The notes beneath the pieces were generated by a model that made no database searches, was not told the DNA's origin, and was given only the letters and a program-made list of their open reading frames with translations. A program made the translations under genes and the position numbers. From the NCBI GenBank assembly GCA_963700985.1, contig OY969554.1:224001-288000 (forward strand): a DNA stretch of 64,000 bases, read 5' to 3'. Every line of letters starts with the position of its first letter. Position 1 is the first letter of the stretch. This DNA comes from an uncultured Chlamydiales bacterium. GTDB lineage: Bacteria; Chlamydiota; Chlamydiia; Chlamydiales; Rhabdochlamydiaceae. Positions 1-10,948 of the stretch are shown here, piece by piece.

Positions 1-225
1 CACTGTTTTAGCAGTTTCGCTTTGACCCAAAAAACTAAGCCCTGCATCGAGCAGTTCGTTCACACAATAGTAGATCGAACCAAAGACCATTCCGCCTGCA
101 AATGTAATTTCAGTGGCCAATGCACCCGCAATACCGCCAACAAGACCTCCTACAATCACGTTGCATGGATTAAATGGGTTAGAGAAATCTCTATTCGCAT
201 AAGGTGCTGGAGCCGGTGCGGCCAT
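1..225 (-). CDS. Small hydrophobic membrane protein, Inc-like (partial, runs off the window start; not in the ORF track)
   Basis: ATG at 225 with AGGAG RBS upstream; open to base 1: MAAPAPAPYANRDFSNPFNPCNVIVGGLVGGIAGALATEITFAGGMVFGSIYYCVNELL...; GGMVFG motif shared with the ORF at 12876. Confidence 0.75.
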   Translation of the reverse strand, partial: MAAPAPAPYANRDFSNPFNPCNVIVGGLVGGIAGALATEITFAGGMVFGSIYYCVNELLDAGLSFLGQSETAKTV

Positions 226-364
226 AAAATTACTCCTAAATAATTTAGTCTTAAATTAAGCCCAAAATTATACAGGGGTATCAAGAAATTGTAAAGATTT
301 TTAGGCTAACTTCAGAGGGTCGCTACTTAAAATAAAAAATTTAGAAAGTAGTCGTCTAAATTAT

Positions 365-745
365 TTAATTGTGGTTCATGCGAAAGCAGCAGCGAAAGAT
401 CATATTCAGCAAGATAGTGGTTGCAGCCATGGTCAGTGTAAGCACAAGAGCGGCATCGTAGGTTAAAGAATATCCTAACGCTGTTGTAGCAGCGGCTCCA
501 ATAACAATGCTTGCAATCAGCGTCAAAGCTACGCGTGCTATTTTTCCAAAAAAAGAATCGTCGAGGCAAGAAGTGCTCATTTCGATCAAACTAAATGTAA
601 GCCCAGAGAAAGCGCCAAAAACCGCTCCTGCTATAGGAAGAACTGGCGTGTAAAGAGCTGCGGCAACAAAGCCAATTACTGCATTGCTAGCTACCGTAGT
701 TAGGGCTTCTGTCTGAGCTTGGTTAAATCCAATGGTGCAAGTCAT
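365..745 (-). CDS. Small hydrophobic membrane protein, Inc-like, 126 aa
   Basis: Four hydrophobic segments, no cleavable signal; AAGGA RBS; GAVFG and KIARV motifs shared with paralogues. Confidence 0.75.
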   Translation of the reverse strand: MTCTIGFNQAQTEALTTVASNAVIGFVAAALYTPVLPIAGAVFGAFSGLTFSLIEMSTSCLDDSFFGKIARVALTLIASIVIGAAATTALGYSLTYDAALVLTLTMAATTILLNMIFRCCFRMNHN

Positions 746-757
746 AGCTAATCCTTT

Positions 758-1714
758 TTAAAACATCTGCTCGATTAGTTTTTCTAGTTTTACAACGTCT
801 TTACCGAAGTTGCGAATGCCTTCAGCTAGTTTTTCTGTAGCCATCGCGTTTTCATTGAGCATCCAGCGGAAGGTTTTCTCGTCGAGCTCGGTTTTTTGAA
901 TTGGCAATTTTTTGGCGGCTTCGGGATCGAGCTTTCGGGTAAGAGGCGCTTCGCTTTTGTGCAGCTCTTCAAGCAATTTAGGAGCAATGGTGAGCAGATC
1001 GCAGCCAGCGAGTTCGAGGATCTCATCTACATTGCGGAAGCTGGCGCCCATGATTTGAGTCGTAATACCCATCTTTTTATAGTAGTTATAGATCTCTCTT
1101 ACCGAGAGTACGCCAGGATCTTGAGCTGGGGGATAAGAATCTTTACCTTCAGCCTTTTTATACCAGTCTAAGATGCGGCCAACAAAAGGGGAGATAAGTG
1201 TTGCTTTGGAATTCGCACACCCAATTGCTTGAGCTAAGCTGAACATGAGGGTCATGTTGCAATGGATGCCTTCTTTTTCGAGCTGGGCGCAAGCTTGGAT
1301 ACCTTCCCATGTTGAGGCGAGTTTAATTAGCACGCGGCTGCGATCAATGCCGGCAGCTTGGTATAAACCGATGAGCGTTTTGGCTTTTTGAATGCTTCCT
1401 GCGACATCGAATGAGAGGCGGGCGTCGACTTCAGTAGAGACGCGTCCTGGAACGATTTTTAAAATTTCGAGACCAAAATTGACGAAGACTTTATCCAGTG
1501 CAGCTTGTTTTTGTTCTTGAGGTGTCTTGCCCTGTTTTTTACCGTATGCTACGGCATCTTTAAGGAGGGGTTGATATTCAGCGATCGATGCAGCTGCAAA
1601 GATTAGTGAAGGGTTGGTCGTTGCATCTGTAGGTTGATATTTTTTAATCTCGGCGAACTCGCCTGTATCGGCGACGACAGTGGTCATCTTCTTAAGCTGA
1701 TCTAAAGTGCTCAT
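758..1714 (-). CDS. tal: Transaldolase
   Basis: [45 protein letters not shown] and MGASFR motifs; start placed at 1714 (AAGGAG RBS). Confidence 0.98.
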   Translation of the reverse strand: MSTLDQLKKMTTVVADTGEFAEIKKYQPTDATTNPSLIFAAASIAEYQPLLKDAVAYGKKQGKTPQEQKQAALDKVFVNFGLEILKIVPGRVSTEVDARLSFDVAGSIQKAKTLIGLYQAAGIDRSRVLIKLASTWEGIQACAQLEKEGIHCNMTLMFSLAQAIGCANSKATLISPFVGRILDWYKKAEGKDSYPPAQDPGVLSVREIYNYYKKMGITTQIMGASFRNVDEILELAGCDLLTIAPKLLEELHKSEAPLTRKLDPEAAKKLPIQKTELDEKTFRWMLNENAMATEKLAEGIRNFGKDVVKLEKLIEQMF

Positions 1715-1760
1715 GGGGCTCTCCTTATTAAACATGATACTTATAATATTGATGCCAAAA

Positions 1761-2261
1761 TTACATGGGAAGATGAATTGTTAGTTCGAAGGGTAAGGGG
1801 TGCTGGAGCTTTTCAAAATATTTTGAAAAATATCCTGGTTCTATCGTTGTAATGTAACCGGGAATTTGGAGGGTAAGGGGTTCTCCATTTTGCAGGCTAG
1901 AGAGTACAAAGTCATGCGCAGATTCTGGCAACAAAAGGCGTTGTCCTCCTTCGCGACGGTGGGCCAGAAAAGTCATTTTTTTATGGGGATTGCTGATTCT
2001 TACTAAAGCTTTTTTGGGATCATTTGGATAAAAGGGAATTGCATGCGAATGAACAGTTAAATAGATGCTCAGCTTTTCGGAGGCTGAGAGCAGCTCAAGA
2101 TCGATGCCATTGACTTGGTCTTCGGCATGATAACAGAGCTTGGACGAATTATAGGATCCGCCTGCCTTTACTGTGTCCAAACTCCATGGATCGCTTTTAG
2201 CACAACCTGCGAGAAGCAAAAATAGGAAGAGGATATCCCATTTACTTATGCTTATGGTCAT
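1761..2261 (-). CDS. Hypothetical lipoprotein
   Basis: Hydrophobic leader with LAGC lipobox; overlaps the upstream gene. Confidence 0.7.
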   Translation of the reverse strand: MTISISKWDILFLFLLLAGCAKSDPWSLDTVKAGGSYNSSKLCYHAEDQVNGIDLELLSASEKLSIYLTVHSHAIPFYPNDPKKALVRISNPHKKMTFLAHRREGGQRLLLPESAHDFVLSSLQNGEPLTLQIPGYITTIEPGYFSKYFEKLQHPLPFELTIHLPM

Positions 2262-2496
2262 GCCTGTGATGATGATTGTGGTGATGTGAGACGAGGATGA
2301 GCGTGGTTACCGCAATGATCACAGCGCCGACTGCCAGGGCATACCCTGTCCATTTCCTTGCATCATATCTGTTCTTTTCTAATTTACTGACAGTGCGAGG
2401 AGTTCGTACAGTTTCCTCAGTGGCTTCATCAGCATATGTGAGATTAGAAAATCCCAGCGCGCAGGCTAGGAGAATGCACATAAGATTTTTTCCCAT
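2242..2496 (-). CDS. Small exported membrane protein with His-rich C-terminal tail
   Basis: Signal peptide (..TYA-DE), one TM helix, tail [22 protein letters not shown]. Confidence 0.7.
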   Translation of the reverse strand: MGKNLMCILLACALGFSNLTYADEATEETVRTPRTVSKLEKNRYDARKWTGYALAVGAVIIAVTTLILVSHHHNHHHRHDHKHK

Positions 2497-2497
2497 A

Positions 2498-3265
2498 TTA
2501 TCCCTCGTTTTTTGTTATTAAGCTTGAGTGTAGCTTTAAGAGCTCTTGTTGCACCTCTTTTAGAAAGAGTAGTTGACCATAAGGTCCCCATTCCTTTCCA
2601 TTGTTTACTATGCATTGCTGAAACGGAATCCAAGTTTCCTTCTGAAATTTTTCATTTGAAAAATGGGTTTCAGCCGAATCAAACTGTTTTAAGTTGTCTT
2701 GCCATTTTTTAAGGAGCGTATCGCGGGCAAGAGAGCATGTGCTTTGTTTTAAGGGGTCTTTCAGGCAAGGCAGAAGATCGTCAGTAAGACGTAAAGAGTG
2801 AAAGGCTTTTTCAAAATCTTTATGGTAGCGCGCGAAGTCTTCTTTGCCCGCAGCTGCTGTGAGAACGTAAGCGTTTTGATCTTTAAGGAAAATAAGCTGT
2901 AGAAGCCGCGCTTCTCCTCCGCCTGTTTTGGTGTCGAGAGAGGTGAGACGAGCGGGTCCTGCTTGCGTAGAAAATGTGCCTAAATCTCGCCATCTATTCC
3001 CACGCTCTTTTTCATGCAGGGTTTTGATGCATTTAAGATATTCTTCCATTTCCACTTCTACTTTTTCTTCGATCACAAGATTTAAAGAAGGGTTGAAGTT
3101 ACTGCGACTTTGGCTGGGTGTAACGAAGGCTACTTGTACGCGTGGAGATAGATGAGTAGGATGCGCAAATTCCCAATCTGCCGGCGGAATGAAGTAGCAA
3201 TGGGATGCATGCGCCCAGAGTGGTAAGATTAATAGGAGAAGAAAAATTCTAATGGCACTGACCAT
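2498..3265 (-). CDS. Exported protein, probable PsbP/DcrB-like fold
   Basis: Signal peptide (AHA-S); pattern PSLNLVIEE...LLQLIFLKDQNAYVLTAAA...FEKAFHSLRL resembles PsbP/DcrB proteins (fold call is inference). Confidence 0.6.
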   Translation of the reverse strand: MVSAIRIFLLLLILPLWAHASHCYFIPPADWEFAHPTHLSPRVQVAFVTPSQSRSNFNPSLNLVIEEKVEVEMEEYLKCIKTLHEKERGNRWRDLGTFSTQAGPARLTSLDTKTGGGEARLLQLIFLKDQNAYVLTAAAGKEDFARYHKDFEKAFHSLRLTDDLLPCLKDPLKQSTCSLARDTLLKKWQDNLKQFDSAETHFSNEKFQKETWIPFQQCIVNNGKEWGPYGQLLFLKEVQQELLKLHSSLITKNEG

Positions 3266-3515
3266 GGCTTGTTGTGCCGCTATGGCCGGCTTTGCTCTGA
3301 TGGAGGACGCCAGCTAGGATAGCGATACCAGCAACTAATCCTACTCCCCAACCAATCATGGAAAGAGCAATAGCTGAGTAGCCCCCATCTTGAGCGCCTG
3401 CACCCTGACGATAGAGGGCGTCTGTGTTCTGCTGATTTTCGGTAAGTGCATCGCTTGAAAAAATGGGGTTCATAAAGTGCAGCGAGATAAGGAGGATAGC
3501 GACAAGCTTTTTCAT
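3249..3515 (-). CDS. Small exported membrane protein with His-containing tail
   Basis: MKK signal peptide, one Gly-rich TM helix, tail HQSKAGHSGTTSHGQCH; first gene of an overlapping minus-strand run. Confidence 0.7.
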   Translation of the reverse strand: MKKLVAILLISLHFMNPIFSSDALTENQQNTDALYRQGAGAQDGGYSAIALSMIGWGVGLVAGIAILAGVLHQSKAGHSGTTSHGQCH

Positions 3516-3622
3516 CTTCAGACCAACTGTGTTGAATCGGGTTCAGTTTAAGCTTATGTCATAAGCCCGGACTTTCATGCAATTTTTTCTTAAAACTCTC
3601 GTCCGTAAAGCTGAATCAGGAG

Positions 3623-3638
3623 TAACAGGATCCTGTTA
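3623..3638. promoter_or_regulatory. Perfect 16-bp palindrome in a divergent promoter region, candidate operator
   Basis: TAACAGGATCCTGTTA between the ORF starting at 3515 (-) and atpE (+). Confidence 0.35.
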
Positions 3639-3843
3639 TTTCTTTAAAGTTGAATGATTCTCTGACTTAAGAACACATTTTGCGTGCGTCAAGGTCAGAT
3701 ATAGGCTATGCATAAAGGGCATGGGAATGCTAAGAACTGTCTTGATGTGCTTGAAAAAAAATATGGGCGGTTACTTAAATTGCATTGAAAAATATCTCTA
3801 AGCACGCAATAACTTGTGGTGAATATTCTTAAAAGGTGTCTGC

Positions 3844-4485
3844 ATGAAGGGAATGGAGTCCGGAACGGACAAAGTAAAAAAGATCTGCGATGCGCTAAGA
3901 AAAGAAACTCTTGAGCCCGCTTTGGTTGAAGCGGAAGAGATTGTTGATCAGGCGCGCGAAGAAGCTGCGCGGATTGTTGCCGAAGCACAAAGGCAAGCCG
4001 AAAGACACTTCGATGAAGCCAAAGAGCGGATTGGTCGTGAAAAAGAGATTTTCCAAGCCGCCTTAAATCAAGCGAGTAAACTGGCTGTGCAGTTTTTAAA
4101 ACAGACGATTGAAGAAAAGCTCTTCAATCGCGAATTGGCAAAGCAGTTAGCCTCTTTCATGCAAAATCCTAAAATTTTAGCAGATCTTATTACTGCTGTA
4201 GTCAAAGCCATCGAAAAAGATGGTAAAGATGTGGATTTGAGCGCCTATATTCCTTCTGCTATCCCTGCACGGGATGTAAACGCTTTCTTAGCCAAAGAGA
4301 TTCTAGAGAAACTTAAGGAAAAGAGCGTGCTTATTGCGCCAATCGGTGGCGGTATCGAAGTCAAACTGCGCAATGAGAATGTCACTCTCGATTTGTCGGA
4401 CGCTGCTTTGAATGAGCTTCTCGCTAATTATATCCGCAAAGATTTCCGCGAGCTCTTTTTTGAAGGTGTACACTCTAAGAAGTAG
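3844..4485 (+). CDS. atpE: V-type ATP synthase subunit E
   Basis: DKVKKICDALRKETLEPA N-terminal coiled coil; first gene of the chlamydial-type V-ATPase operon. Confidence 0.92.
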   Translation: MKGMESGTDKVKKICDALRKETLEPALVEAEEIVDQAREEAARIVAEAQRQAERHFDEAKERIGREKEIFQAALNQASKLAVQFLKQTIEEKLFNRELAKQLASFMQNPKILADLITAVVKAIEKDGKDVDLSAYIPSAIPARDVNAFLAKEILEKLKEKSVLIAPIGGGIEVKLRNENVTLDLSDAALNELLANYIRKDFRELFFEGVHSKK

Positions 4486-4489
4486 GAAC

Positions 4490-5263
4490 ATGGCCAATTA
4501 TTACTATGTAGCTGCCTCTTTGCCACCTCTGGTTTTAGGGCAGAAACCTGAAATTACTTTTAATGAGTTGAATACACTTCTCGAGATCAATCTGAATAAA
4601 GAAGATCTAGAGAAGACGGTGGTTTTGCGCCGGTTTACTGACCTTCAAAATATCCGTTCACTGCTTTTAGAAGAACCGATTGACCCAAGAGGAAATCTAG
4701 ACGAAAAAGAGCTGGATGAAGCGCTTTTAATCCATGATATTCTGCCTGAATACGTTTTTGATTTTTTAGATCAGTTTGAGATGCTTCCTGATCGTTTGAG
4801 AAATTTTTTTGGTCTTTACTCCAAATTTTTTGCCGAAGAAACACCGAAGCAAACGGGCTTTTTAGCCAAATATTTGACGTTTGAGCATCACTGGCGTCTG
4901 GTGATGGCGGCACTACGTGCTAAAGAGCTCGGTAGAGATGTTACGCATGAACTACAATTCGAAGATTTTTCGGATACGCTTGTGGCGCAAATTATTGCGC
5001 AACGCGATGCATTAAGTTATGAGCCGCCACCAGAATGGCAAGAGCTCAAAGAGTTGATTATCGCCTCAGGATCTGATCCTTGGCAGAGATATAAGGCTTT
5101 TGCTGCTTGGCGGTTTAAAAAAATAGAAGAGATGGTCGATCGTCCGCTTTTTTCAATCGACTGGATTCTTGGCTATATGGCACGGCTGATGCTGTGCGAG
5201 AATTGGTATGAGCTAGATGAGCTAAAAGGAAAGATGATCCTGGATACGCTTAAAACGGGATAA
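4490..5263 (+). CDS. V-type ATPase associated protein (DUF2764, probable subunit C)
   Basis: MANYYYVAASLPPL N-terminus; position between subunits E and A; start 4490 after AGGA. Confidence 0.85.
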   Translation: MANYYYVAASLPPLVLGQKPEITFNELNTLLEINLNKEDLEKTVVLRRFTDLQNIRSLLLEEPIDPRGNLDEKELDEALLIHDILPEYVFDFLDQFEMLPDRLRNFFGLYSKFFAEETPKQTGFLAKYLTFEHHWRLVMAALRAKELGRDVTHELQFEDFSDTLVAQIIAQRDALSYEPPPEWQELKELIIASGSDPWQRYKAFAAWRFKKIEEMVDRPLFSIDWILGYMARLMLCENWYELDELKGKMILDTLKTG

Positions 5264-5289
5264 GTAAATATTATGCTAGGGGTCAAATA

Positions 5290-7074
5290 ATGACGACGCA
5301 AGAGCTGGCATCCGGAAAAGTAGTTAAGGCATTTGGTAACCTGCTGAATGTCCTATTTGAAGGACATATTCGCCAAGGCGAGGTAGCTATATTACGGCTG
5401 GGTGATGTCACTTTAAAAGCAGAGGTGATTGAAGTCGTCGGAAATGAGGCTAAGGTACAAGTCTTTGAAGATACGCGAGGGATTCGATTAGGCACGCCGG
5501 TTGAATTCACTGGGCATCTCTTAGAAGCCGAACTCGGCCCTGGCCTTCTGACATCAATCTTAGACGGTCTACAAAATCCTCTTGAAAAAGTTGCCGATGC
5601 AACTGGACTTTTTCTTACGCGTGGCGTGTACATGCCGCCTCTCGATCGAAGCAAACATTGGGACTATCAACCAACCGCTAAGGTGGGGGATGTTGTCGTC
5701 CGTGGAGATTTTTTAGGTTTTACTATGGAAGGAAGGTTTCACCATCAGATCATGGTGCCTTTCGTCAATTACGATACATACACGGTAACTTGGGTGATTA
5801 AACCCGGTTCCTATTCGATAGATACTGTTGTGGCGCGGGCGGCAGATGAAAAAGGCGTCGAGCATGCGTTTACCATGTTGCAGAAGTGGCCGGTGAAGAT
5901 GCCACTTGTTGAAGGCGAGAAGGTCAAACCGACGAAGATGATGGGCACGGGCTTGCGCATCATCGATACTTCTTTTCCTGTGCTGAAGGGTGGAACTTTT
6001 TGTTCGCCCGGACCTTTTGGCGCTGGCAAAACGGTATTGCAACACCATCTTTCAAAATATTCTGCTGTCGATATCGTGGTTAACGTGGCTTGTGGCGAGC
6101 GCGCGGGCGAAGTCGTAGAAGTTCTGCGAACTTTTCCGCACCTCACGGATCCGCATACAAACGAACCATTGATCAATCGCACAGTAATCATTTGCAATAC
6201 TTCTTCGATGCCGGTCGCTGCGCGCGAAGCTTCGATTTATATGGGAGCAACGATTGCTGAATATTATCGCCAGATGGGGCTCGATGTGCTTCTTTTGGCA
6301 GATTCAACTTCTCGTTGGGCTCAGGCGATGCGCGAGATGTCAGGAAGACTAGAAGAAATTCCAGGCGAAGAAGCCTTTCCGGCTTATCTGGCTTCAAGAA
6401 TTGCAGCTTTTTATGAGCGCTCGGGTGTTATCCTTCTGAAACATGGCAAACATGGCTCCTTAACCATTGGGGGCGCAGTTTCTCCAGCAGGTGGAAATTT
6501 TGAAGAGCCGGTAACTCAGGCTACGTTGTCTGTGGTAGGCGCTTTCTTAGGCCTTTCGCGGGCACGCTCGGACGCTAGGCGCTATCCTGCTATCGATCCG
6601 CTTATCTCTTGGAGTAAATATGTCGATGATGTCGGCATTGAGCTGGGTAAGCGCATTGAAGGCTGGAATAAGATGGTCAAAAAAGCGGCCAAAATCTTAA
6701 GAGAAGGTGATGAGATTGGAAAACGCATGGAGGTAGTGGGAGAAGAGGGCGTTTCTTTACAAGATATGATGACCTACTTGAAGTCTGAACTTTTTGAGTT
6801 CTGCTACTTGCAACAGAATGCCTTTGATAAAGAAGATGCTTATTGTCCTCTAGAACGACAGATTCCTCTTTTCCGCTTAATCAGTCGCATCTTTGAGGTT
6901 CCATTTGCCTTTAAAAATCATGATGAGGCGCGCTCCTTTTTCTTGGAGCTGCAGAACGAGATTAAAAACACCAACTTTATGCCGTTTAAATCGGATCGTT
7001 ACCGAAACGCGCTGACCAATGTAGAAAAACGCATCGACGAGGTGAAGAGGAAGGACCATGAAAAAGATCTATGA
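5290..7074 (+). CDS. atpA: V-type ATP synthase subunit A
   Basis: P-loop [46 protein letters not shown]. Confidence 0.98.
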   Translation: MTTQELASGKVVKAFGNLLNVLFEGHIRQGEVAILRLGDVTLKAEVIEVVGNEAKVQVFEDTRGIRLGTPVEFTGHLLEAELGPGLLTSILDGLQNPLEKVADATGLFLTRGVYMPPLDRSKHWDYQPTAKVGDVVVRGDFLGFTMEGRFHHQIMVPFVNYDTYTVTWVIKPGSYSIDTVVARAADEKGVEHAFTMLQKWPVKMPLVEGEKVKPTKMMGTGLRIIDTSFPVLKGGTFCSPGPFGAGKTVLQHHLSKYSAVDIVVNVACGERAGEVVEVLRTFPHLTDPHTNEPLINRTVIICNTSSMPVAAREASIYMGATIAEYYRQMGLDVLLLADSTSRWAQAMREMSGRLEEIPGEEAFPAYLASRIAAFYERSGVILLKHGKHGSLTIGGAVSPAGGNFEEPVTQATLSVVGAFLGLSRARSDARRYPAIDPLISWSKYVDDVGIELGKRIEGWNKMVKKAAKILREGDEIGKRMEVVGEEGVSLQDMMTYLKSELFEFCYLQQNAFDKEDAYCPLERQIPLFRLISRIFEVPFAFKNHDEARSFFLELQNEIKNTNFMPFKSDRYRNALTNVEKRIDEVKRKDHEKDL

Positions 7075-8359
7075 TCGAATAGTAGACATGCGGGGAAACC
7101 TTCTCACCGTTATGGCAGAAGGGGTAAGTTTAGGTGAAGTTGCACGCATTCAAAAGAAAAGCGGGCAGAGCACCTATGCTTCTGTGCTTAGGATTGAAGG
7201 TGAGCTAGCCACACTGCAGTGCTTTGAAAACACGCGTGGAATTTCTACGAATGATCGCGTGACATTTCTGGGCCGTCAGATGTATGCCACCTGCAGCGAT
7301 AGCCTTCTTGGACGTAGATTGAATGGAGCTGGGGAACCAATCGATCACGGCCCTGCAATTACCGGAGAGCAGATCGAAATCGGCACGCCCTCATTTAACC
7401 CAGTAAAGCGCATTATTCCCCGAGATCTAGTGCGCACGAACATCCCCATGATCGACGTGTTTAACTGTCTGGTCAAATCGCAGAAGATTCCCATCTTCTC
7501 GGTTGCTGGTGAGCCTTATAACGCGCTGCTCATGCGCATTGCTAACCAGACGGATGCTGACGTCGTAATTATCGGCGGTATGGGATTAAGATTTGATGAC
7601 TACCAAGCCTTTATCGACAATGCTGAGAAAGCTGGCTCTCTTGAAAAAACGATCATGTTTATCCATAAAGCCACCGATCCTGCTGTAGAGTGCATGCTCG
7701 TGCCGGATATGGCTCTTGCTTGTGCAGAGAAATTCGCTATTCAAGATAAAGACGTGCTGGTGCTTTTAACCGATATGACCGCTTTTGCTGATGCGATCAA
7801 AGAGATCATGATTACGATGGATCAGGTGCCTTCGAATCGCGGCTATCCTGGATCGCTTTACTCTGATCTAGCTTCGCGCTATGAAAAAGCTGTTGATATT
7901 GATGGCAGCGGCTCAATCACGATTATTTCCGTGACGACGATGCCAGGCGGAGATGTAACCCATCCCGTACCTGACAATACAGGTTACATCACTGAAGGTC
8001 AGTTTTATCTGCATGGCGGAAGAATCGATCCTTTCGGTTCGCTGTCGCGTTTAAAACAGCAGGTGATTGGAAAGGTAACCCGCGAAGATCATGGTGAGAT
8101 TGCCAACGCGCAGATTCGTCTTTACGCGGATGCTAAGAAAGCACGCGAGCGTGAAAGTATGGGCTTTAAGTTATCTAGATGGGATGAAAAGTTGCTTCAA
8201 TATGCGCATCTCTTTGAAGATCGCATGATGAACTTAGAAGTGAACTACACGCTAGAAGAGGCCTTAGATTTAGGCTGGAGTACGCTGAGTGAATGTTTCG
8301 ATATGCACGAGGTAGGCATAAAGCAGAGCCTCGTCGATAAGTATTGGCCCAAAGGTTAG
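7058..8359 (+). CDS. atpB: V-type ATP synthase subunit B
   Basis: [39 protein letters not shown]. Confidence 0.98.
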   Translation: MKKIYDRIVDMRGNLLTVMAEGVSLGEVARIQKKSGQSTYASVLRIEGELATLQCFENTRGISTNDRVTFLGRQMYATCSDSLLGRRLNGAGEPIDHGPAITGEQIEIGTPSFNPVKRIIPRDLVRTNIPMIDVFNCLVKSQKIPIFSVAGEPYNALLMRIANQTDADVVIIGGMGLRFDDYQAFIDNAEKAGSLEKTIMFIHKATDPAVECMLVPDMALACAEKFAIQDKDVLVLLTDMTAFADAIKEIMITMDQVPSNRGYPGSLYSDLASRYEKAVDIDGSGSITIISVTTMPGGDVTHPVPDNTGYITEGQFYLHGGRIDPFGSLSRLKQQVIGKVTREDHGEIANAQIRLYADAKKARERESMGFKLSRWDEKLLQYAHLFEDRMMNLEVNYTLEEALDLGWSTLSECFDMHEVGIKQSLVDKYWPKG

Positions 8360-8366
8360 GAGATCG

Positions 8367-8981
8367 ATGGCTGATGTTAAGCTCACAAAAACCGAGCTAA
8401 GAGCGCAGCAGTTTAGGTTAGACCAACTGCTAAAATACCTTCCGACTTTGCAGCTTAAAAAGGCGCTTTTGCAAGCAGAGGTCTTTTTAGCGCAGCAAGA
8501 GATTGAAGATCTCGTGACCCATTTTGGAAGAATGGAAGAACGAGTGAAGCGCTTCTCTATGCTTCTGTCTGACAAGAGTGCCTCTGAGCTTTTTACGGCA
8601 GTTACAATTACCGAAGTGAAGAAACGCACAGAGAACATTGCCGGCGTCGAAATTCCGCACTTTGAGCAAGTAGTTTTCCATGAGCCTACCTATTCGCTTT
8701 TAGATACACCGGTGTGGCTTGAACCTGCAACTGAAGGCGTAAGAGAGCTGTTGAATCTGCGAGAAAAAATCCGCATTGCACGTGAGAAAAAAGAGGCGCT
8801 AGAAAAAGAGCTGCGCGAGGTTTCGATTCGCGTTAATTTATTTGAAAAAATCTTGATCCCCAGAGCGCAAGAAAATATCAAAAAGATCAGGATCTTCCTC
8901 GGTGATGTGCAGTTGGCGGCAGTTTCGCAGGCTAAAGTCTCAAAAAAGAAGATTCTGCGTAGGAAATCTAGAAAAATATGA
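8367..8981 (+). CDS. atpD: V-type ATP synthase subunit D
   Basis: LPTLQLKK and RVNLFEKILIP motifs; operon position. Confidence 0.95.
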   Translation: MADVKLTKTELRAQQFRLDQLLKYLPTLQLKKALLQAEVFLAQQEIEDLVTHFGRMEERVKRFSMLLSDKSASELFTAVTITEVKKRTENIAGVEIPHFEQVVFHEPTYSLLDTPVWLEPATEGVRELLNLREKIRIAREKKEALEKELREVSIRVNLFEKILIPRAQENIKKIRIFLGDVQLAAVSQAKVSKKKILRRKSRKI

Positions 8982-10900
8982 TTATCCCTCTTAAAAAATA
9001 TCTTTTTTTTGGAGTAAAAGAAGCGATCGACGACTTCTTTTTGCGCGCGCAAAATCAGGGTTTCATAGAATTTATTCCACCTGCTGGAAGAAAGCCCGTA
9101 GAGCTGCCAGTTCAAATTCAGACGCTACTTTCGGCGATTAAAGTCTTACGGAAATTGCCAGTAAAAAAGCCTTATCTCGGTGGTGGATCCTCGGATTTTG
9201 CGCTTGAAATAGGCGAGCGCATTTTATCTCTAAAAGGTGAGATCGATAGACTTTCGGAAGAGATGCGCATTTTAGAAGCTGAAATTGTGCGCGTGGCACC
9301 ATTTGGCGATTTTTCGATGGAAGATATCGAGTTCATCGAAGAGGTGGGCAAACGCAAGATTCAATTCTTTTGCATGCGCACTGCTAAGAGCCATAAGTAC
9401 ACCGTTCCTGAAGAAGTCATCTACGTCAATACCGCTTATGATCTCGATTACTTCATCAGTATTAATCAGCAGCAGGCGTCATATCCAGAAATGATCGAGA
9501 TGCGCATCGATCGTTCTGTGGGGCAGTTGCAAACACAACACGCTTTCATCAAAGAGTCGCTACATCTTTTAGAAGCCGAACTTAAAGGGCTTGCGGGGCA
9601 CATCGATTTCCTCCGTCACGTACTCGTGGAGCTGCTTAACGATTACGATCTCATCTCCGCAAAAAAAGAGGTACAGTTTCCTACCCAGCACAACTTTTTT
9701 GCGATTGAAGCATGGATCCCTGAAAATAAGGTTGTTTCAGTTTTCGCCATGATGAATGGCATGCTCATTAGTGCAGAAGAAATTGCTATCGAAGAAAAAG
9801 ATCGCATGCCTACCTATATGGAAAATAAAGGCGTGAACCGCATTGGCGAAGATCTCGTGTTGATTTACGACATTCCCTCTTCCAACGATAAAGATCCTTC
9901 CGGGTGGGTTTTCTGGGCCTTTTGCTTTTTCTTTGCCATCATCGTAGCAGATGGAGGCTATGGACTGCTTTTCCTGGCGCTAGCAATTTTGATGTACTTC
10001 AAATTCCCCAAGCTTAAAGGGCAAGGCAAACGCTTTATTAAACTGGCCGGTGCGCTCGCTCTTAGCTGCATTGTCTGGGGTGTATTGACCTCTTCGTTTT
10101 TTGGCATTGATGTTAGCCCCGATAGCCCTATCTCGAGATACTCTCTCACTGGGTATATGGCAGAAAAAAAAGCTGACTATCATTTTGCGCGCAAAGATGA
10201 AGTCTATCAGTCTTGGGTCAAGAAAATTCCAGAAGCAGCTAGTGCCCAAAATGGCCAGCAGCTTTTAGTCGAAGCTAAAGAGACCAAAGAAAATCGAGTT
10301 TCATACGAGATGTTCGATGATTTTAAAGATAACATTCTGCTTGAGCTCTCACTATTTCTAGGCGTGATCCACCTCACAACTTCGATGATCCGCTACATGA
10401 GACGCCACTGGGCGGGGATCGGCTGGATCGCTTTTATGGTGGGCGGTTATCTCTACTTTCCCTCGATCTTGCACTGCACCTCTTTTTTAAATTTTATGGG
10501 CATTATCGACCCGCAAACTGCGGCAAAGGTTGGCCAGCAGCTCGTCTATGGGGGAATCGGTGCCGCGGTGGTCTTGGCGCTCGTTCAAAAACGTCTAAAA
10601 GGACTTTCCGAGATCGCTGCCGTTATCCAGGTTTTTGCCGATGTGCTCTCCTATTTACGTCTTTATGCCTTAGCGCTTGCAGCTTCCATCATGGCGAGCA
10701 CTTTTAACGATCTCGGTGTGAGCATTGGACTTGTGATGGGCATACTCGTGACCCTTTTTGGGCATGCAGTAAATATCTTACTTGGTACCATGTCCGGAGT
10801 CATACATGGTCTTCGTCTTAATTTTATCGAATGGTATCATTACTCCTTCGAAGGCGGGGGCAGACTGTTTAAACCTTTAAAAAAACTCAGAGACCCTTAA
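8978..10900 (+). CDS. atpI: V-type ATP synthase subunit I (a)
   Basis: Soluble N-half and TM C-half; DGGYG, SYLRLYAL (essential Arg), HGLRLNFIEW. Confidence 0.97.
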   Translation: MIIPLKKYLFFGVKEAIDDFFLRAQNQGFIEFIPPAGRKPVELPVQIQTLLSAIKVLRKLPVKKPYLGGGSSDFALEIGERILSLKGEIDRLSEEMRILEAEIVRVAPFGDFSMEDIEFIEEVGKRKIQFFCMRTAKSHKYTVPEEVIYVNTAYDLDYFISINQQQASYPEMIEMRIDRSVGQLQTQHAFIKESLHLLEAELKGLAGHIDFLRHVLVELLNDYDLISAKKEVQFPTQHNFFAIEAWIPENKVVSVFAMMNGMLISAEEIAIEEKDRMPTYMENKGVNRIGEDLVLIYDIPSSNDKDPSGWVFWAFCFFFAIIVADGGYGLLFLALAILMYFKFPKLKGQGKRFIKLAGALALSCIVWGVLTSSFFGIDVSPDSPISRYSLTGYMAEKKADYHFARKDEVYQSWVKKIPEAASAQNGQQLLVEAKETKENRVSYEMFDDFKDNILLELSLFLGVIHLTTSMIRYMRRHWAGIGWIAFMVGGYLYFPSILHCTSFLNFMGIIDPQTAAKVGQQLVYGGIGAAVVLALVQKRLKGLSEIAAVIQVFADVLSYLRLYALALAASIMASTFNDLGVSIGLVMGILVTLFGHAVNILLGTMSGVIHGLRLNFIEWYHYSFEGGGRLFKPLKKLRDP

Positions 10901-10948
10901 TGAAGCTGAATTCATTAATGTTCTCTTAATCACCATAGGATAAAAATT

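Noticed and set aside
3695-3988. Short alternative-frame and antisense ORFs in the track (this one and many inside long genes)
   Set aside because: They are shadows of well-supported genes, with no RBS or motif support
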